64,000 bases of DNA from Pseudomonadota bacterium (GTDB lineage: Bacteria > Pseudomonadota > Alphaproteobacteria > Rhizobiales > JACESI01). Of this stretch, positions 49,917 through 59,855 are shown in pieces; position 1 is the first letter of the stretch; every line of letters begins with the position of its first letter. The stretch is from positions 2,196 to 66,195 of the forward strand of contig JBCDCZ010000002.1 of assembly GCA_039180865.1 (NCBI GenBank), written 5' to 3'. The position numbers and the translations under genes were made by a program. The notes below the pieces were generated by a model that was not told where the DNA came from, did not search any database, and saw only the letters and a program-made list of their open reading frames with translations.

Positions 49917-49976
49917 CGAAGACATACCCCTGGAAAGGATTGGTAGTGCTCTCGACAAGTACGAAACAGTAGACCC

Positions 49977-52232
49977 ATGCGCTGGCATGTCTTATCAATT
50001 GTTGGACTGCTTTATGCCGTTCAGTTCATTCCCTTCTTTTTCGCCATTCTTGCGCTTCCGATCGTGATGCGTCAGGAGGGGTATTCGGCAACGACCATCG
50101 GTCTTGTTCAGCTGGCCGCGATCCCTTACGTGTTCAAGTTTCTCTGGGCACCCTTGATCGACCGCTACAAGCTTGGAAAGGACCGATACAAATCCTGGAT
50201 TGTTGTTCTTTCGAGCATTCATGTTGTAAGCATCATTGCACTTGCGATCTTCGATCCCTCCGGCCCGCTCGTTCTTCTATTTATAGCATTGATGGTCGCC
50301 TGTATCGCAGTCAGCACGCAGGATGTTGCGGTTGATGCACTTGTGATCTCTTTGCTGCGGCCATCAGAGCGAACAATGGGCTCGACCTTCCAGAACGCCG
50401 GGGCCTATACCGGAGCGATTATCGGCGGCTTCGGATTTCTTTATATCTACGATAATATAGGTTGGACTATCGCCTTGTTGATTCAGGCGGGATTATTCGC
50501 CCTTCCCCTCATCGTGCTGGTGTTTGTCAAAGAACCGCCGCGGCTGCGCGGCGTACCGCCGGTCAATTTGAAGAACGCATTTCGTTTCTTCACGCAGCCA
50601 AGGATGGGACGGTGGCTTGCGATCCTAGGAACGATGCGCCTACCCCTTATCATGACGATGCTACCCATGCGTCTCATGATGGTCGATCAGGGAATGTCGG
50701 CTGAAGAGATTGCCGTTTGGTTTGGCCTGTTCGCAATGTGCGCAGGCGGTGGCGCAACGATGATGCTTGGTCCTCTCCTGCGCCACCTTCCGAGAGTTCG
50801 GGCGATCTATATTGTGGGCTTCATCAATGTTCCGGTCCTTGTCGGCGTGGCCTTTATCGCCGCCGCATTTCCAGCTGAGATCCGCTACGCGATCATCATA
50901 GCTTGGGCGGCGATCGCCATGACGGATATCGTCATGTTCCGCGGTGCCATGGACAAGGTCCGTCCGGAAATACCGGGCTTTGATTTTTCCGTTCAAATCG
51001 CAATCTATATGATGCTGCCCGCTTTGACGGATCCGATCGTCGGATATGTCATTGACACGCATGGCTATTTACCAACCTTCCTGATTGCAGTCCCCTTGGG
51101 TCTGGTTCCCCTCGCCGTCCTTTATTTTGCAATTGCGCGGTTCAGCAGTTCGGCGCGGGGTCTTGATGGTGAACGGGTGAAGTCAACGGGCGTTATGGCC
51201 TGTAGAGACCCGAATGCCCTTCTTAAGTTTTGTGAGGAAGAATTCACCGAACACGGCATTACCTGCACCTGGCCTGAACTCAATTTGCTGCGTATGGAGG
51301 AGATGGGCTGCCTCGTCGAGATGAGAGGTTTGAAGGATTCCGTCGATATTCTGATCGAGACACCAAGCGACAACTTCCAGGTCTTCATACGCGACGAAAT
51401 CGTTGAGCACCTGGAGGAATTTGATCCCGTGGCGATACACGATCTGCGTTGGACGGGCGGCATCAAAGTCGGCGAAATGCCGTCTAACTTCAGAATCCTG
51501 CGCGCAAAGAAACGAGAACAAGTATTTCCGGGTCTCATGAGAGTAACACTGGAAGGCATCGACGTAGAGGCCCTTACCAGAGACGGTATTCATATCCGCC
51601 TTATGATGCCGGAGGAACGTGGCCGCGCGCCGGTCTGGCCGGTAATCGCTGAAAACGGCAGCACCGCATGGCCAGAGGGTGACGACAAACTGCATTCACG
51701 CTACGTGACAATCCGCGAGATCCGGATGGATGAACGTGAGATCGATGTCGATATCGCGCTTCACAACGGCGGTTTGATTTCTGACTGGGCCTGCCTCGAA
51801 GGCGATGAGCAAGAGGTCGGAGTCATGGGTCCGTTTGGTGACCCTTATCTCGAACATCAGGATAATGTCGTCATGGCGGCCGATTATACCGGTCTACCCG
51901 CGCTCGCCCGCCTCATAGAAAGCGCAGATCCGAAAGCGACCGGACAGGTCTTTGCGACAGCGCCCTCACAGGAAGAGCTGGAAGCCTACCTGCCGAAAAC
52001 CGCCATGAAGATCACCGCTGTGACCCCAGACAGCTTTTCAGAACAAATCGCCGATCTTGTCCGCTCCTGCACCAATGACGTTGTTTCTTATGCTTGGTTT
52101 GCCGGCGAATTCAGCGCAGCACAGAAAGTACGCAAGATTTTCAAACAGGATTTCAGCCTAACCAAGAAAACACAGCTCAGCGTCGCCTACTGGAAGGCCG
52201 GATCCCCGGGACATACGTCCCGAGCAACTTGA
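49977..52232 (+). CDS. Fusion of RhtX/FptX/AmpG-like MFS siderophore permease with DUF2218-like domain and siderophore-interacting (ViuB-like) reductase
   Basis: N-terminal about 390 aa with KFLWAPLID, STQDVAVDA; C-terminal LMRVTL, HIRL, RYVTIR, VGVMGP, D.TGLPA, WFAGE, YWK in one frame. Confidence 0.88.
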   Translation: MRWHVLSIVGLLYAVQFIPFFFAILALPIVMRQEGYSATTIGLVQLAAIPYVFKFLWAPLIDRYKLGKDRYKSWIVVLSSIHVVSIIALAIFDPSGPLVLLFIALMVACIAVSTQDVAVDALVISLLRPSERTMGSTFQNAGAYTGAIIGGFGFLYIYDNIGWTIALLIQAGLFALPLIVLVFVKEPPRLRGVPPVNLKNAFRFFTQPRMGRWLAILGTMRLPLIMTMLPMRLMMVDQGMSAEEIAVWFGLFAMCAGGGATMMLGPLLRHLPRVRAIYIVGFINVPVLVGVAFIAAAFPAEIRYAIIIAWAAIAMTDIVMFRGAMDKVRPEIPGFDFSVQIAIYMMLPALTDPIVGYVIDTHGYLPTFLIAVPLGLVPLAVLYFAIARFSSSARGLDGERVKSTGVMACRDPNALLKFCEEEFTEHGITCTWPELNLLRMEEMGCLVEMRGLKDSVDILIETPSDNFQVFIRDEIVEHLEEFDPVAIHDLRWTGGIKVGEMPSNFRILRAKKREQVFPGLMRVTLEGIDVEALTRDGIHIRLMMPEERGRAPVWPVIAENGSTAWPEGDDKLHSRYVTIREIRMDEREIDVDIALHNGGLISDWACLEGDEQEVGVMGPFGDPYLEHQDNVVMAADYTGLPALARLIESADPKATGQVFATAPSQEELEAYLPKTAMKITAVTPDSFSEQIADLVRSCTNDVVSYAWFAGEFSAAQKVRKIFKQDFSLTKKTQLSVAYWKAGSPGHTSRAT

Positions 52233-52356
52233 AACGGTTTTTTCCAGCTTTGAGCTCACATCTATCCGTCATCGGCGGAGCTACCAGCGAACGAAAAACG
52301 CGCCAGTGCACAAGCGCTTTCACGTCCCATGAGGCGCTGCCAGACCATTGGCGTGG

Positions 52357-53253
52357 TTATCTTTCCTCTCGTGTTTCCGCCGCTGGATGGGAGAGCAGGA
52401 CCTTATTAGTGAGCCCCGGTGCGGCGAGCATTGCATGCGCTTTTGCACCTTCGCTGAGTGGCAGCACTGTCTCAATTAACGGGTAAAGCGTTCCGTCGGC
52501 GAGCCAGCCGACAATGCGCTCAAGATCCGCCTCGGTGGGCGCGTTTTCGACTACAATCGGCGTGATTCCGCGGGCCGTCTGAAACTGACCGCCGGGCTTC
52601 CACCATTCCGGGATAACTGTTGCATAAGCGCCCCCGTCCCTGACTGTCGCAAATGCCGCGAGCGCGTGCGCCGCGCCTCTCACATCAATCGCGGCATCAA
52701 CCGATGATGGTGCCGGATTGTCGACCACGGTCAGACCGAGGGCTCTGGCGATCTCGCCCGCTGCCCTACCGACGGCGCCGTCGAGATTGTTCACATGAAC
52801 TGTTTGCCCCGGTGTCAGTTTTAAGGCTTCAACACTGTTGAGTGCGGTAATGGAGGCAAGCGGAGCGGCAGCGGCCATTTCAAGTGCAACTGTGTCGGAG
52901 AGTTTCACCACTTGGGATTTCGGAAGAACAACAACTTCTTGATGCGTTCCGACACGGGATGATGGCTGCTTGCTCATCACCATCACACGGTCGCCCACGG
53001 CGAGGCCCCGCACATCGGGACCAACGGCTTCAACCCGACCTGCACCGTCCCAGCCGAGCACCATCGGAAAACGCTCCGCTTCATCGGGCAGGATGGCGCC
53101 CGCCCGTACGCCAAGATCGACCGGGTTCACTGCTGAGAGGTGCAAGCGAACTGCGACTTTATCGCCGGAGCTTTCGTCGATTTTCGGTTCTGCCATGTCC
53201 GCGAGATGCAGCACATCCGGGTTACCATATTTCTCGAGAATAAGAGCCTTCAT
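52357..53253 (-). CDS. NADP-dependent quinone oxidoreductase-like (MDR) protein
   Basis: AVNPVD, LGWDGAG.VEAVG, GAVG, PL.E...AH. Confidence 0.88.
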   Translation of the reverse strand: MKALILEKYGNPDVLHLADMAEPKIDESSGDKVAVRLHLSAVNPVDLGVRAGAILPDEAERFPMVLGWDGAGRVEAVGPDVRGLAVGDRVMVMSKQPSSRVGTHQEVVVLPKSQVVKLSDTVALEMAAAAPLASITALNSVEALKLTPGQTVHVNNLDGAVGRAAGEIARALGLTVVDNPAPSSVDAAIDVRGAAHALAAFATVRDGGAYATVIPEWWKPGGQFQTARGITPIVVENAPTEADLERIVGWLADGTLYPLIETVLPLSEGAKAHAMLAAPGLTNKVLLSHPAAETREER

Positions 53254-53365
53254 GGATGCCTCCGTTCCGGCGCGCCTGTTTGAAAGCGCGTCAGGGGTTG
53301 AGATGAGGCATTCTATTGGTCACATATAGTTACTCATGAAAAGTGGGTACCTTCAGGTAACCGGT

Positions 53366-53770
53366 ATGTCAGATGAAAACAGGGATGAAGAAGACCGGCG
53401 ACACGCTGATCATGCGACCGGTTTTGAATGCTGGGGCGTCTATAGCCGTGAATGCGCTACGCGCCGCACGCTCATGCGAATTGCCGACAAATGGACAATT
53501 CTGATCATCGGCCGCCTCACGCAACGGGCTTGCCGCTTTGGCGAACTCCGTCGCTCGATCGAAGGCATTTCATCGAAGGTGTTGACCGAGCACCTGAGGG
53601 AATTGGAAAAAGACGGGCTGCTAACCCGCACCGTCGAGCCGACTTCGCCGCCATCTGTGACCTATGAGCTAACCGATCTTGGCGTAAGCCTCGGGGCTGT
53701 AGCGCTCTCCATCAAAGAATGGGCCGAACACCACGCCGACGAAATCGAAAGGCATTCGCGGAGCATGTGA
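53366..53770 (+). CDS. HxlR-family regulator
   Basis: C, IADKWT.LI, RFGEL...I.GIS.KVLT..LRELE.DGL, P.V.YELT.LG. Confidence 0.92.
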   Translation: MSDENRDEEDRRHADHATGFECWGVYSRECATRRTLMRIADKWTILIIGRLTQRACRFGELRRSIEGISSKVLTEHLRELEKDGLLTRTVEPTSPPSVTYELTDLGVSLGAVALSIKEWAEHHADEIERHSRSM

Positions 53771-53903
53771 GCTTTTAGCAAGCAGCGTAGCATCTACATG
53801 CTGCCAAATCATGATCGGCTCACACAATGTGCACCGAGAGGCGAACCCACTCTTCGCCAGACAAAACGATATCACGACAATCCGGTTCGACGTGTGTCCA
53901 CTC

Positions 53904-55067
53904 CTATTCCGGAACTATTTTTCCAGGCAATGAGTTCACCGTCATCGTTTCCGATGGCTGGAAATGGATGACCGAACGGATCGACTCTCCCGCTTTCAGA
54001 AGATCGAATGCGGTGTTGATCTGATTATGGGTCATGTGGTGCGTGATGTAGGGATCCACGCTGAAATCACCGCGCAACCATTCATCGACCATGCCGGGAA
54101 GCTGGCTGCGACCGAGAACACCGCCGAAGGCCGTTCCGCGCCAGACGCGGCCCGTCACCAATTGGAACGGTCGGGTTGATATTTCCTGCCCGGCACCTGC
54201 AACGCCAATCACCGTGCATTCGCCCCAACCTTTATGGCAGGCTTCAAGGGCAGCGCGCATCAGGTCGACATTGCCGACGGCCTCGAATGTGTAATCGAGC
54301 CCCCCTCCGGTCATCTCAACGAGCACATCCTGGATCGGCGCATCATAGTCTTTCGGATTGATGCACTCAGTTGCCCCAAGCGCCATGGCAAGCGGGAACT
54401 TTGATGTATTGATATCAATACCGATGATCTTGGAGGCGCCATTCATGACGGCACCCTGGATCACGGCCATGCCGACGGCGCCGAGACCGAAGACTGCGAC
54501 GGTTGCACCGGCCTCCACCTTGGCAGTGTTACGCACAGCGCCCATGCCGGTCGGCACGGCGCAGCCCATAACCGATGCTTTGGAAAGGGGCGCTTCCTTT
54601 GAGATCTTTGACACCGCAATCTCGGGTAGCACGGTGTATTCACTGAACGTGCTCGTCCCCATATAGTGCAGGATCTGCTTACCCTTGTAGGAAAAGCGAG
54701 ACGTTCCGTCCGGCATTACCCCGGCACCCTGGGTCTTGCGAATGGTCTGGCAGAGATTAGTCTTGCCGGACTTGATGTAAGGATCGTTCGGATCTTCAGG
54801 AATATAAAGCGGGATAACGTGGTCGCCCGGGACAACCGACGTCACGCCCTTACCAACCTCTTCAACGATGCCGCAGCCTTCATGACCCAGGATGCAAGGA
54901 AACAATCCCTCCGGGTCTTCGCCTGAAAGGGTAAAGACATCGGTGTGGCAAAGGCTCGTCGTCACAATCCGGACCAGAACCTCACCCTCTTTCGGGCCTT
55001 CAAGATCGATTTCCTCGATTTCCAGGGGCCGGTTTGGCTCCCATGCAATCGCCGCACGTGTCTTCAT
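53904..55067 (-). CDS. frmA: S-(hydroxymethyl)glutathione dehydrogenase / class III ADH variant lacking three structural-Zn cysteines
   Basis: [46 protein letters not shown]; structural loop reads [19 protein letters not shown]. Confidence 0.93.
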   Translation of the reverse strand: MKTRAAIAWEPNRPLEIEEIDLEGPKEGEVLVRIVTTSLCHTDVFTLSGEDPEGLFPCILGHEGCGIVEEVGKGVTSVVPGDHVIPLYIPEDPNDPYIKSGKTNLCQTIRKTQGAGVMPDGTSRFSYKGKQILHYMGTSTFSEYTVLPEIAVSKISKEAPLSKASVMGCAVPTGMGAVRNTAKVEAGATVAVFGLGAVGMAVIQGAVMNGASKIIGIDINTSKFPLAMALGATECINPKDYDAPIQDVLVEMTGGGLDYTFEAVGNVDLMRAALEACHKGWGECTVIGVAGAGQEISTRPFQLVTGRVWRGTAFGGVLGRSQLPGMVDEWLRGDFSVDPYITHHMTHNQINTAFDLLKAGESIRSVIHFQPSETMTVNSLPGKIVPE

Positions 55068-55092
55068 CGTTCTTCTCCCATTCCTCTTCCAA

Positions 55093-55746
55093 TCAGTGAT
55101 AGACCCGTTGCACCGGCCTGTTCTCAAGATCATTCACCGGATCGAGCACAAGAACGAGGCGTGTTTCGCCCGTTCCCTCGATCGGGGGTGAGCGATGCAG
55201 AAGCCCCGATTTCGACCCGTCAGGCCAGAGCGTGCCGCGCAGCACCATGGGCGCGCCGGTCGCGACCGTAAAGACACGGCGCGGCTCTTCTCCATCGGTT
55301 GAGATGCCGTACTGGGTGCCTGTTCCGCGATAGGTGCAGATCATGCGGGCAAGGATCGAATCGATATGAAATTTCCGGCAGGCATTCGTCGTCACCACAT
55401 CAAGGCGCATGCGCATATAGTGAACCGCCATCAGATCCGAAAAGAGACGGGACATATCGGCAATGTCCTCAACGAGCAAATCTCGCTCAGGATCGTCGGG
55501 CGTACCGGCAATCTGGCAAAGCTGATACACAGCCTCCAAGACAGAATCGCCGTGAAGAACCACCCTGCCCTGCGGCAGGTATTTGGGATCGAGCCCAGCC
55601 ACCCAATCCTTGAGGTCCGGCGCCATTTGCCGGTTCCAGATCGCGGCAGCACAGCCTGGGCGATGGATGGCGTTCAGCCCCTCCGGCGTATGGGCCATGC
55701 CGACACCGACCACAGCCTCTTCAACAATGTCGCCAACAAGCATCAT
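55093..55746 (-). CDS. DUF1826 protein
   Basis: AIWNR, RLDVV...CRKFHID, R.ICTYRG.GT, GLLHRSP, RLVLVLD; TAATG-coupled to the GTPase stop. Confidence 0.88.
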   Translation of the reverse strand: MMLVGDIVEEAVVGVGMAHTPEGLNAIHRPGCAAAIWNRQMAPDLKDWVAGLDPKYLPQGRVVLHGDSVLEAVYQLCQIAGTPDDPERDLLVEDIADMSRLFSDLMAVHYMRMRLDVVTTNACRKFHIDSILARMICTYRGTGTQYGISTDGEEPRRVFTVATGAPMVLRGTLWPDGSKSGLLHRSPPIEGTGETRLVLVLDPVNDLENRPVQRVYH

Positions 55747-56960
55747 TATTCTGCCGCCTCCTGTACACGTCTCCAAAGCGGGAACGGATCCGGGTAATCC
55801 GGCAGGTCTTCGACCGATGATGCGGTCTCTGACGGAACCAGACAGCTATCAAGGCGAGCCTTCAATTCCTGCCAATCGATCTCTGCGCCGATGAAAACAA
55901 TCTCCTGGCGGCGGTCGCCCCATGGCTCTTTAAAGTGGGCGTTCATGTAAGCCTTGGCAGCTTCATGGGTCGGGCGGCGTTCTTTCGGGACCGATACCCA
56001 CCAATTCCCCAGGGGAGAGACTGAGGAGAGCGCTCCGGCAAGCGAGAATTCCGCCACCCATTCAGGCCGCGTGGCAATCCAGAAATGACCCTTCGCACGG
56101 ATGACACCCGGAAGCTCATTGTTGAGAACGTCCGCGATCTTTTCGGGCACGAAAGGCTGGCGTGCGCGATAGACAAAGGATGTGACGCCATATTCTTCCG
56201 TCTCCGGCACATGATCGGCGAAACCGTAAAGTTCCTTCGCCCACATCGGGTGCTCGTGGGCTTTTTGGAAATCGAAGAGACCGGTCTCAAGAATGGTATC
56301 AGCCGAAACATTGGAATGATCCGTCTCGATGATCTTCGCGTCACCATTGAGACTGCGAATGATCTTGCGCGCCGCATCCACCCGTTCCGGACCCGCGTCG
56401 CTCACCTTGTTGAGGATCACCACATCAGCGAACTCGATCTGATCTGTCAGAAGATGAACAAGGGTCCGGTTATCCTCTTCGCCGAGGGTCTCGCCCCTGT
56501 CGTGGAGGAAGTCGTGGGAGGCGTAATCTTTCAGAAGGTTTACGGCATCTACGACCGTTACCATCGTATCGAGTCTTGAGACATCGGAGAGGCTCACGCC
56601 CTTTTCATCTACGAACTCAAAGGTCGCGGCAACGGGAAGCGGCTCGGAGATCCCAGTCGATTCAATCAGGAGATAATCAAACCGGTCTTCCTGAGCCAAA
56701 CGGCCGACTTCCGCCAGAAGATCATCGCGGAGTGTGCAGCAAATGCAGCCATTCGACATTTCAACGAGTGTCTCGTCGGTGCGGCTTAACTCGGTATCTG
56801 CGCGCACGAGATCGGCGTCGATGTTGACTTCCGACATGTCATTGACGATCACGGCGACGCGGCGGCCTTCGCGGTTGTTCAAAACGCGATTGAGCAATGT
56901 GGTTTTTCCAGCGCCCAAAAAGCCGGATAGAACGGTGACCGGAAGTCGTGTATCAGCCAT
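55746..56960 (-). CDS. zigA: COG0523 (ZigA/YciC/CobW) metallochaperone GTPase
   Basis: [47 protein letters not shown]. Confidence 0.92.
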   Translation of the reverse strand: MADTRLPVTVLSGFLGAGKTTLLNRVLNNREGRRVAVIVNDMSEVNIDADLVRADTELSRTDETLVEMSNGCICCTLRDDLLAEVGRLAQEDRFDYLLIESTGISEPLPVAATFEFVDEKGVSLSDVSRLDTMVTVVDAVNLLKDYASHDFLHDRGETLGEEDNRTLVHLLTDQIEFADVVILNKVSDAGPERVDAARKIIRSLNGDAKIIETDHSNVSADTILETGLFDFQKAHEHPMWAKELYGFADHVPETEEYGVTSFVYRARQPFVPEKIADVLNNELPGVIRAKGHFWIATRPEWVAEFSLAGALSSVSPLGNWWVSVPKERRPTHEAAKAYMNAHFKEPWGDRRQEIVFIGAEIDWQELKARLDSCLVPSETASSVEDLPDYPDPFPLWRRVQEAAE

Positions 56961-56993
56961 AGTACGGCACTCCTTCTGAGGGGGAATTTTCAC

Positions 56994-57036
56994 GTAACTT
57001 ACACAGTTACTAGACTTACGCAACTGCCATTGTTAC
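56994..57036. promoter_or_regulatory. Tandem Rrf2-type operators
   Basis: GTAAC-N7-GTTAC (56994-57010) and GCAAC-N7-GTTAC (57020-57036) in the zigA/rrf2 spacer. Confidence 0.65.
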
Positions 57037-57066
57037 GAGACTTGTGAAATCTGAGGATAGCTTTTT

Positions 57067-57477
57067 ATGAAGCGCAATAGCCGCCTTTCCCTGGCGCTCC
57101 ACACACTCGGCCATATGGCGACGGAACCTGACGCACCGCGCACATCTGCCGACATAGCGGCCCATGCGGGGACGAACCCGGTTGTCGTGCGCCGGGTCCT
57201 TGGCACGCTCAGGAAAGCGGGCCTTTTGACATCAGAAAAAGGCCATTCCGGCGGCTGGCAGCTCGCGAAATCCCCGCGCGAAATCACCCTTGCCGATATC
57301 TATCTCGCCTTGGATGAACGCCTGATTACGACCGATGATGACGAGCACAGCCACGATTGTTCGCTCGAGCATGCGCTTCACCATCAGGTCCTGACTGTGA
57401 TGGAAGATATCGAGCGCAGCCTGATCGAGCGTCTTTCAGCGACGACTATTGCCGATATTTGTGAAACGGCGACCTAG
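57067..57477 (+). CDS. Rrf2-family regulator (YwnA/SaiR-like, no 3-Cys Fe-S motif)
   Basis: SRLSLALH, TNPVVVRR, GGWQLA..P.EITLADIY. Confidence 0.92.
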   Translation: MKRNSRLSLALHTLGHMATEPDAPRTSADIAAHAGTNPVVVRRVLGTLRKAGLLTSEKGHSGGWQLAKSPREITLADIYLALDERLITTDDDEHSHDCSLEHALHHQVLTVMEDIERSLIERLSATTIADICETAT

Positions 57478-57569
57478 AGCACCCTTGTAGTCTAACGCCC
57501 TAAGCCGCCGCCACGCCTCACCTCTTATAAGGCCCGTTACCTTGATTGACCTTCATTAGGAGCTGCTGA

Positions 57570-58391
57570 TCAGACCAGAGCGATCAGGCGGCACGGCCCG
57601 CCAGTACCGCCCACATGTTTGGGTGCACCGACCACAAGGGTCGCACCAGTTGCGGGCAACTCATCAAGATTTGCGATGTTCTCAACGGCCCACCGGTTCG
57701 CGGGAAGCCATGTGTAATGGGTGATGAAATCAGCCGAGATGCCGTAGTCGATCGAAAGCGTATCGACGGCAATGCCAACGACTTCCGCTTCTTCGAGAAG
57801 CATTTTGACGGCCTCCACGTGAAAGCCCGGAAAGTGCATCTTTCCGGCATCGTCGGCATTGCGGAATTTCGGTGTACCGAGGCGCTTCTGCCAACCTGCA
57901 TTTTGCGCGACACAGGCACCCTGTGGAATAGGTCCGTGCTTGCCGATCCAGGCTTTCAGGTCATCCGGAGTGATTTGCGCATCCGGATCAACATCCGCCT
58001 TTTCCTTGATATCAACGATTGCCAGCGGAGCAACGAGGGATTCGACCGGAACTTCATCAATGGACGCGCCGCCATCGGTAAAGTGCAAAGGCGCATCGAT
58101 ATGGGTTCCCGTATGCTCGTTTACGCGCAACGACTTCAGATTGAATTTGTGGGTGGCGTAAGTGAAGACATCCTCATCGAAAAATTGCTGCTCACCGAAA
58201 TAGGTCGGGAAATCGTGGGTAAGCGTGTGAGTGAGATCGACCGCCTTTGTTGCCACTTGCGCCAGAACCGGGCGCGGCGAAAGCGTGGATGCGGCGACCA
58301 AAGCTGCCCCTGTAGCGGCAGATCCACGAAAGAAGTCGCGCCTGCTCAACGCTTTTCCTTTGACATATTCCATGATGACTGGATGGCACAT
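57570..58391 (-). CDS. Tat-exported cyclase family (kynurenine formamidase-like) metallohydrolase
   Basis: SRRDFF twin-arginine signal; EHTGTHIDAPLHF, VDTLSID, VENIANL. Confidence 0.9.
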   Translation of the reverse strand: MCHPVIMEYVKGKALSRRDFFRGSAATGAALVAASTLSPRPVLAQVATKAVDLTHTLTHDFPTYFGEQQFFDEDVFTYATHKFNLKSLRVNEHTGTHIDAPLHFTDGGASIDEVPVESLVAPLAIVDIKEKADVDPDAQITPDDLKAWIGKHGPIPQGACVAQNAGWQKRLGTPKFRNADDAGKMHFPGFHVEAVKMLLEEAEVVGIAVDTLSIDYGISADFITHYTWLPANRWAVENIANLDELPATGATLVVGAPKHVGGTGGPCRLIALV

Positions 58392-58455
58392 GACACCTCT
58401 CCCCTGTGCGTGCGTGACCGGATATCCGCTTTATCAAGCGGGTCGCGCAAACGAG

Positions 58456-58473
58456 GTTATGTTATACAATACC
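58456..58473. promoter_or_regulatory. Zur-box-like element upstream of the cyclase
   Basis: GTTATGTTATACAATACC; 15/18 match to the palindrome GTTATGTTATAACATAAC. Confidence 0.5.
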
Positions 58474-58540
58474 AACGAGCAATTCACATTCTTCCAGATG
58501 GATCGGGAGTTCGTGGGACGGCGCCTGGTTTCGTGACCCA

Positions 58541-59776
58541 TCATTTTTTGTTTAAGATAGATCTCGCGCAATCATCAACGGGCCTTCGTGACTCGTTTTC
58601 AAAAAGCTGCACATACTGAAGCCCCAAGAACAAACCCGCCGACGAAATCAGGCCCGCAAAACAAAGAATGATTGAAAGGCCGAGACTATCGAGAAGGCTG
58701 GTGCTCACTCCTGCAATCACCAGAAAAACAAGTGCTTCGAGGCTCGTAAAGCTCGCTAGATCCGTTGCTTGCCGTCCGGGGCGGCACAATCCGAGAAGAA
58801 TAGTGCGGTTGGCGGTAAAGGTCGCATAGACGACAAGGTTTGCCCACAAAATGGAGGCCACGATTAAGATCGGGCCAATCTCGTTCAGAGCGAGAAATGC
58901 AAACGCCAAAGCGGCGATGACATTGAGGCTTCCAATACCGATCAGAACACGGAACCCGCCAAACAGATCGATCAGCGGCTTTGCGAGCAACGCGCCTGTA
59001 AAGCCGAGCAAATTGCCGAAGACCAGACTTATGAGACCGCTTTCAGAAACACTGAAACCGGCATCAATCAGCAGAACGGATTTCGCTCCGAACGGCACCA
59101 CAATAGACGCGCTCACCAAGCTCGAAACAATGAAAAGGCGCGAGACTTCTTTTTGCCTTAGGATCGAAAACTGCGAAAGTAAGCTCGGTTTCGTCTCAGG
59201 ATCCAAGGCTGGTCCGAATGACAAGAAACTGTAAGCGATGACCAAAAGCACAACGGAACAGATCAGAAGAGTTGCGACAACACTTTGCCAGCCAAGCGAG
59301 CCAAGAAGGTAAAGCACGCCAGCGCCAAGACTGAAACCAGCGAGCGCAGAAGCCGCAGCCTGCACAGACGCACCCTTTGAGTGATCGCGCTTATCGAGCC
59401 CTTCTGCAATCATCCCGCCAAGCGATGTCAGCGCCGTTCCAAGGGCAATGAAAAGCAAAACAGCAATAACAATAATCTGTATGGCGTCGGTTTCAGGATT
59501 CGTCGTCAACAAAGCTGCCAAAAGTAATGAGACCGCAAGCTGACTGCCGAGTATCCATATGCGGAAGCGTGGTTGGCCCCTCACCCGGAAACGATCGATC
59601 AGCGGTGCCCATATAAATCGCAGTGTAAACGGTATACCGGCGATAAAAATCAATGCGATTAGCGAGGATGAGGCTCCTGCCTCGCGCAGGAATAGAGCAA
59701 TACCCTGGGACGCGAACTGAGCGATCAAAGCACAGGCAAACGATATTGTGCCCAACGTGACTAAGAGTGGCTTCAC
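58541..59776 (-). CDS. RhtX/FptX/AmpG-like MFS siderophore permease
   Basis: RFIWAPLIDR motif, about 12 TM, LLIDAGFS. Confidence 0.85.
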   Translation of the reverse strand: MKPLLVTLGTISFACALIAQFASQGIALFLREAGASSSLIALIFIAGIPFTLRFIWAPLIDRFRVRGQPRFRIWILGSQLAVSLLLAALLTTNPETDAIQIIVIAVLLFIALGTALTSLGGMIAEGLDKRDHSKGASVQAAASALAGFSLGAGVLYLLGSLGWQSVVATLLICSVVLLVIAYSFLSFGPALDPETKPSLLSQFSILRQKEVSRLFIVSSLVSASIVVPFGAKSVLLIDAGFSVSESGLISLVFGNLLGFTGALLAKPLIDLFGGFRVLIGIGSLNVIAALAFAFLALNEIGPILIVASILWANLVVYATFTANRTILLGLCRPGRQATDLASFTSLEALVFLVIAGVSTSLLDSLGLSIILCFAGLISSAGLFLGLQYVQLFENESRRPVDDCARSILNKK

Positions 59777-59855
59777 TTATGACATTCCTAAGAGGTGTAA
59801 GGTGAGCTAAGCGCTACAACCTGCAGGCAGAGACCATTGACGCCGTAAGCGCCAA

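Noticed and set aside
57615-58619. 334-aa plus-strand ORF
   Set aside because: Antisense shadow of the cyclase gene.
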